Virus record (IMG/VR): IMGVR_UViG_2585427748_000014
Location: 1 to 35,993 of that record
Direction: 5' to 3' (one strand)
Length of the DNA stretch: 35,993 nucleotides
Source: a virus
Lineage: Duplodnaviria > Heunggongvirae > Uroviricota > Caudoviricetes
Positions 35,583 to 35,993 of the stretch are shown here, piece after piece. Under the pieces are notes generated by a model. That model had not been told where the DNA came from, ran no database searches, and worked only from the letters and a program-made list of their open reading frames with translations. The first letter of the stretch is position 1. Every line of letters starts with the position of its first letter. The position numbers and the translations under genes are program-made.

Positions 35583-35993
35583 TTAAGCCAATTGCTGCCG
35601 CCATTCTTTGACGTAGTCAATCAGGGCGCGGAGCTTTGGTGCAATATTGCGACGCTGTGGGAAATACAGATAGAAGCCCGGAAATTGTGGAAGAAAGTCA
35701 TCAAGCAGCGATACAAGCTTACCGCTTTCAATATATGGCCTGAAAGTTTCCTGAGTGGCAATTGTTATTCCTCCGCCGGCAAGAGCCAGCCTCAACATCA
35801 GACGCAGATCATTAGTCGTAATCTGCGGTTCAATCGCAAGGTCGAAAGTTCTCCCGTTTTCTTCAAATGGCCAGCGATAAGGCGCAACCTCCGGGGACTG
35901 ACGCCAGCCGATACACTTATGGGTATTTCCCCCGGAGGCGAGAAAGCGCTCTCCACGCCCGGCCGCAAGGATCAGGACGACGGGGGCAGGCAT
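35583..35993 (-). CDS. LysR-family transcriptional regulator, C-terminal substrate-binding part (host flank; N-terminus beyond the window edge)
   Basis: C-terminal pattern ...LRLALAGGGITIA...FPGFYLYFPQRR... typical of LysR effector domains. Confidence 0.65.
   Translation of the reverse strand: MPAPVVLILAAGRGERFLASGGNTHKCIGWRQSPEVAPYRWPFEENGRTFDLAIEPQITTNDLRLMLRLALAGGGITIATQETFRPYIESGKLVSLLDDFLPQFPGFYLYFPQRRNIAPKLRALIDYVKEWRQQLA

Noticed and set aside
1-35993. CRISPR array, rRNA or other tandem-repeat loci
   Set aside because: No regularly spaced direct repeats with unique spacers; the only tandem repeats are the iterons inside the O-like gene.

Overview
This window is most of a lambdoid prophage with a mosaic virion module, ending at an attR formed by a 3' fragment of a tRNA-Thr (thrW-type) gene, followed by a host LysR-family gene fragment. 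From left to right: early-left genes (YfdQ-like and YfdP-like, minus strand); an immunity switch (LexA-like cI repressor, minus, divergent from a Cro-like gene, with repeated CTTAGTT operator-like motifs on both sides of cI); a replication and Nin-like block (O-like initiator with internal iterons, PerC-like regulator, Dam methyltransferase, LexA-DNA-binding-domain-only protein, RusA, KilA-N protein, DUF968 protein, antiterminator Q); an A+T-rich two-gene moron between Q and the lysis genes; a lysis cassette (holin, second membrane protein, GH19 endolysin, Rz with embedded Rz1); HK97-style packaging and head genes (HNH, TerS, TerL, portal, protease, major capsid); a Mu-like contractile tail and baseplate (sheath, tube, frameshifted chaperone, tape measure, N/P/V/gp46/J/gp48 homologues); a mosaic tail fibre; a convergent acyltransferase-3 (O-antigen acetyltransferase-like) conversion gene; and an att-proximal two-gene cargo operon of unknown function. 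No CRISPR array, rRNA or complete tRNA gene is present. Product names rest on my recognition of sequence motifs and synteny, not on database searches. The most likely places for an undescribed system are the accessory loci: the Q-to-lysis moron (wHTH protein plus 3-TM membrane protein bracketed by related palindromic hairpins), the A+T-rich secreted-protein moron inside the tail module, and the att-proximal operon.
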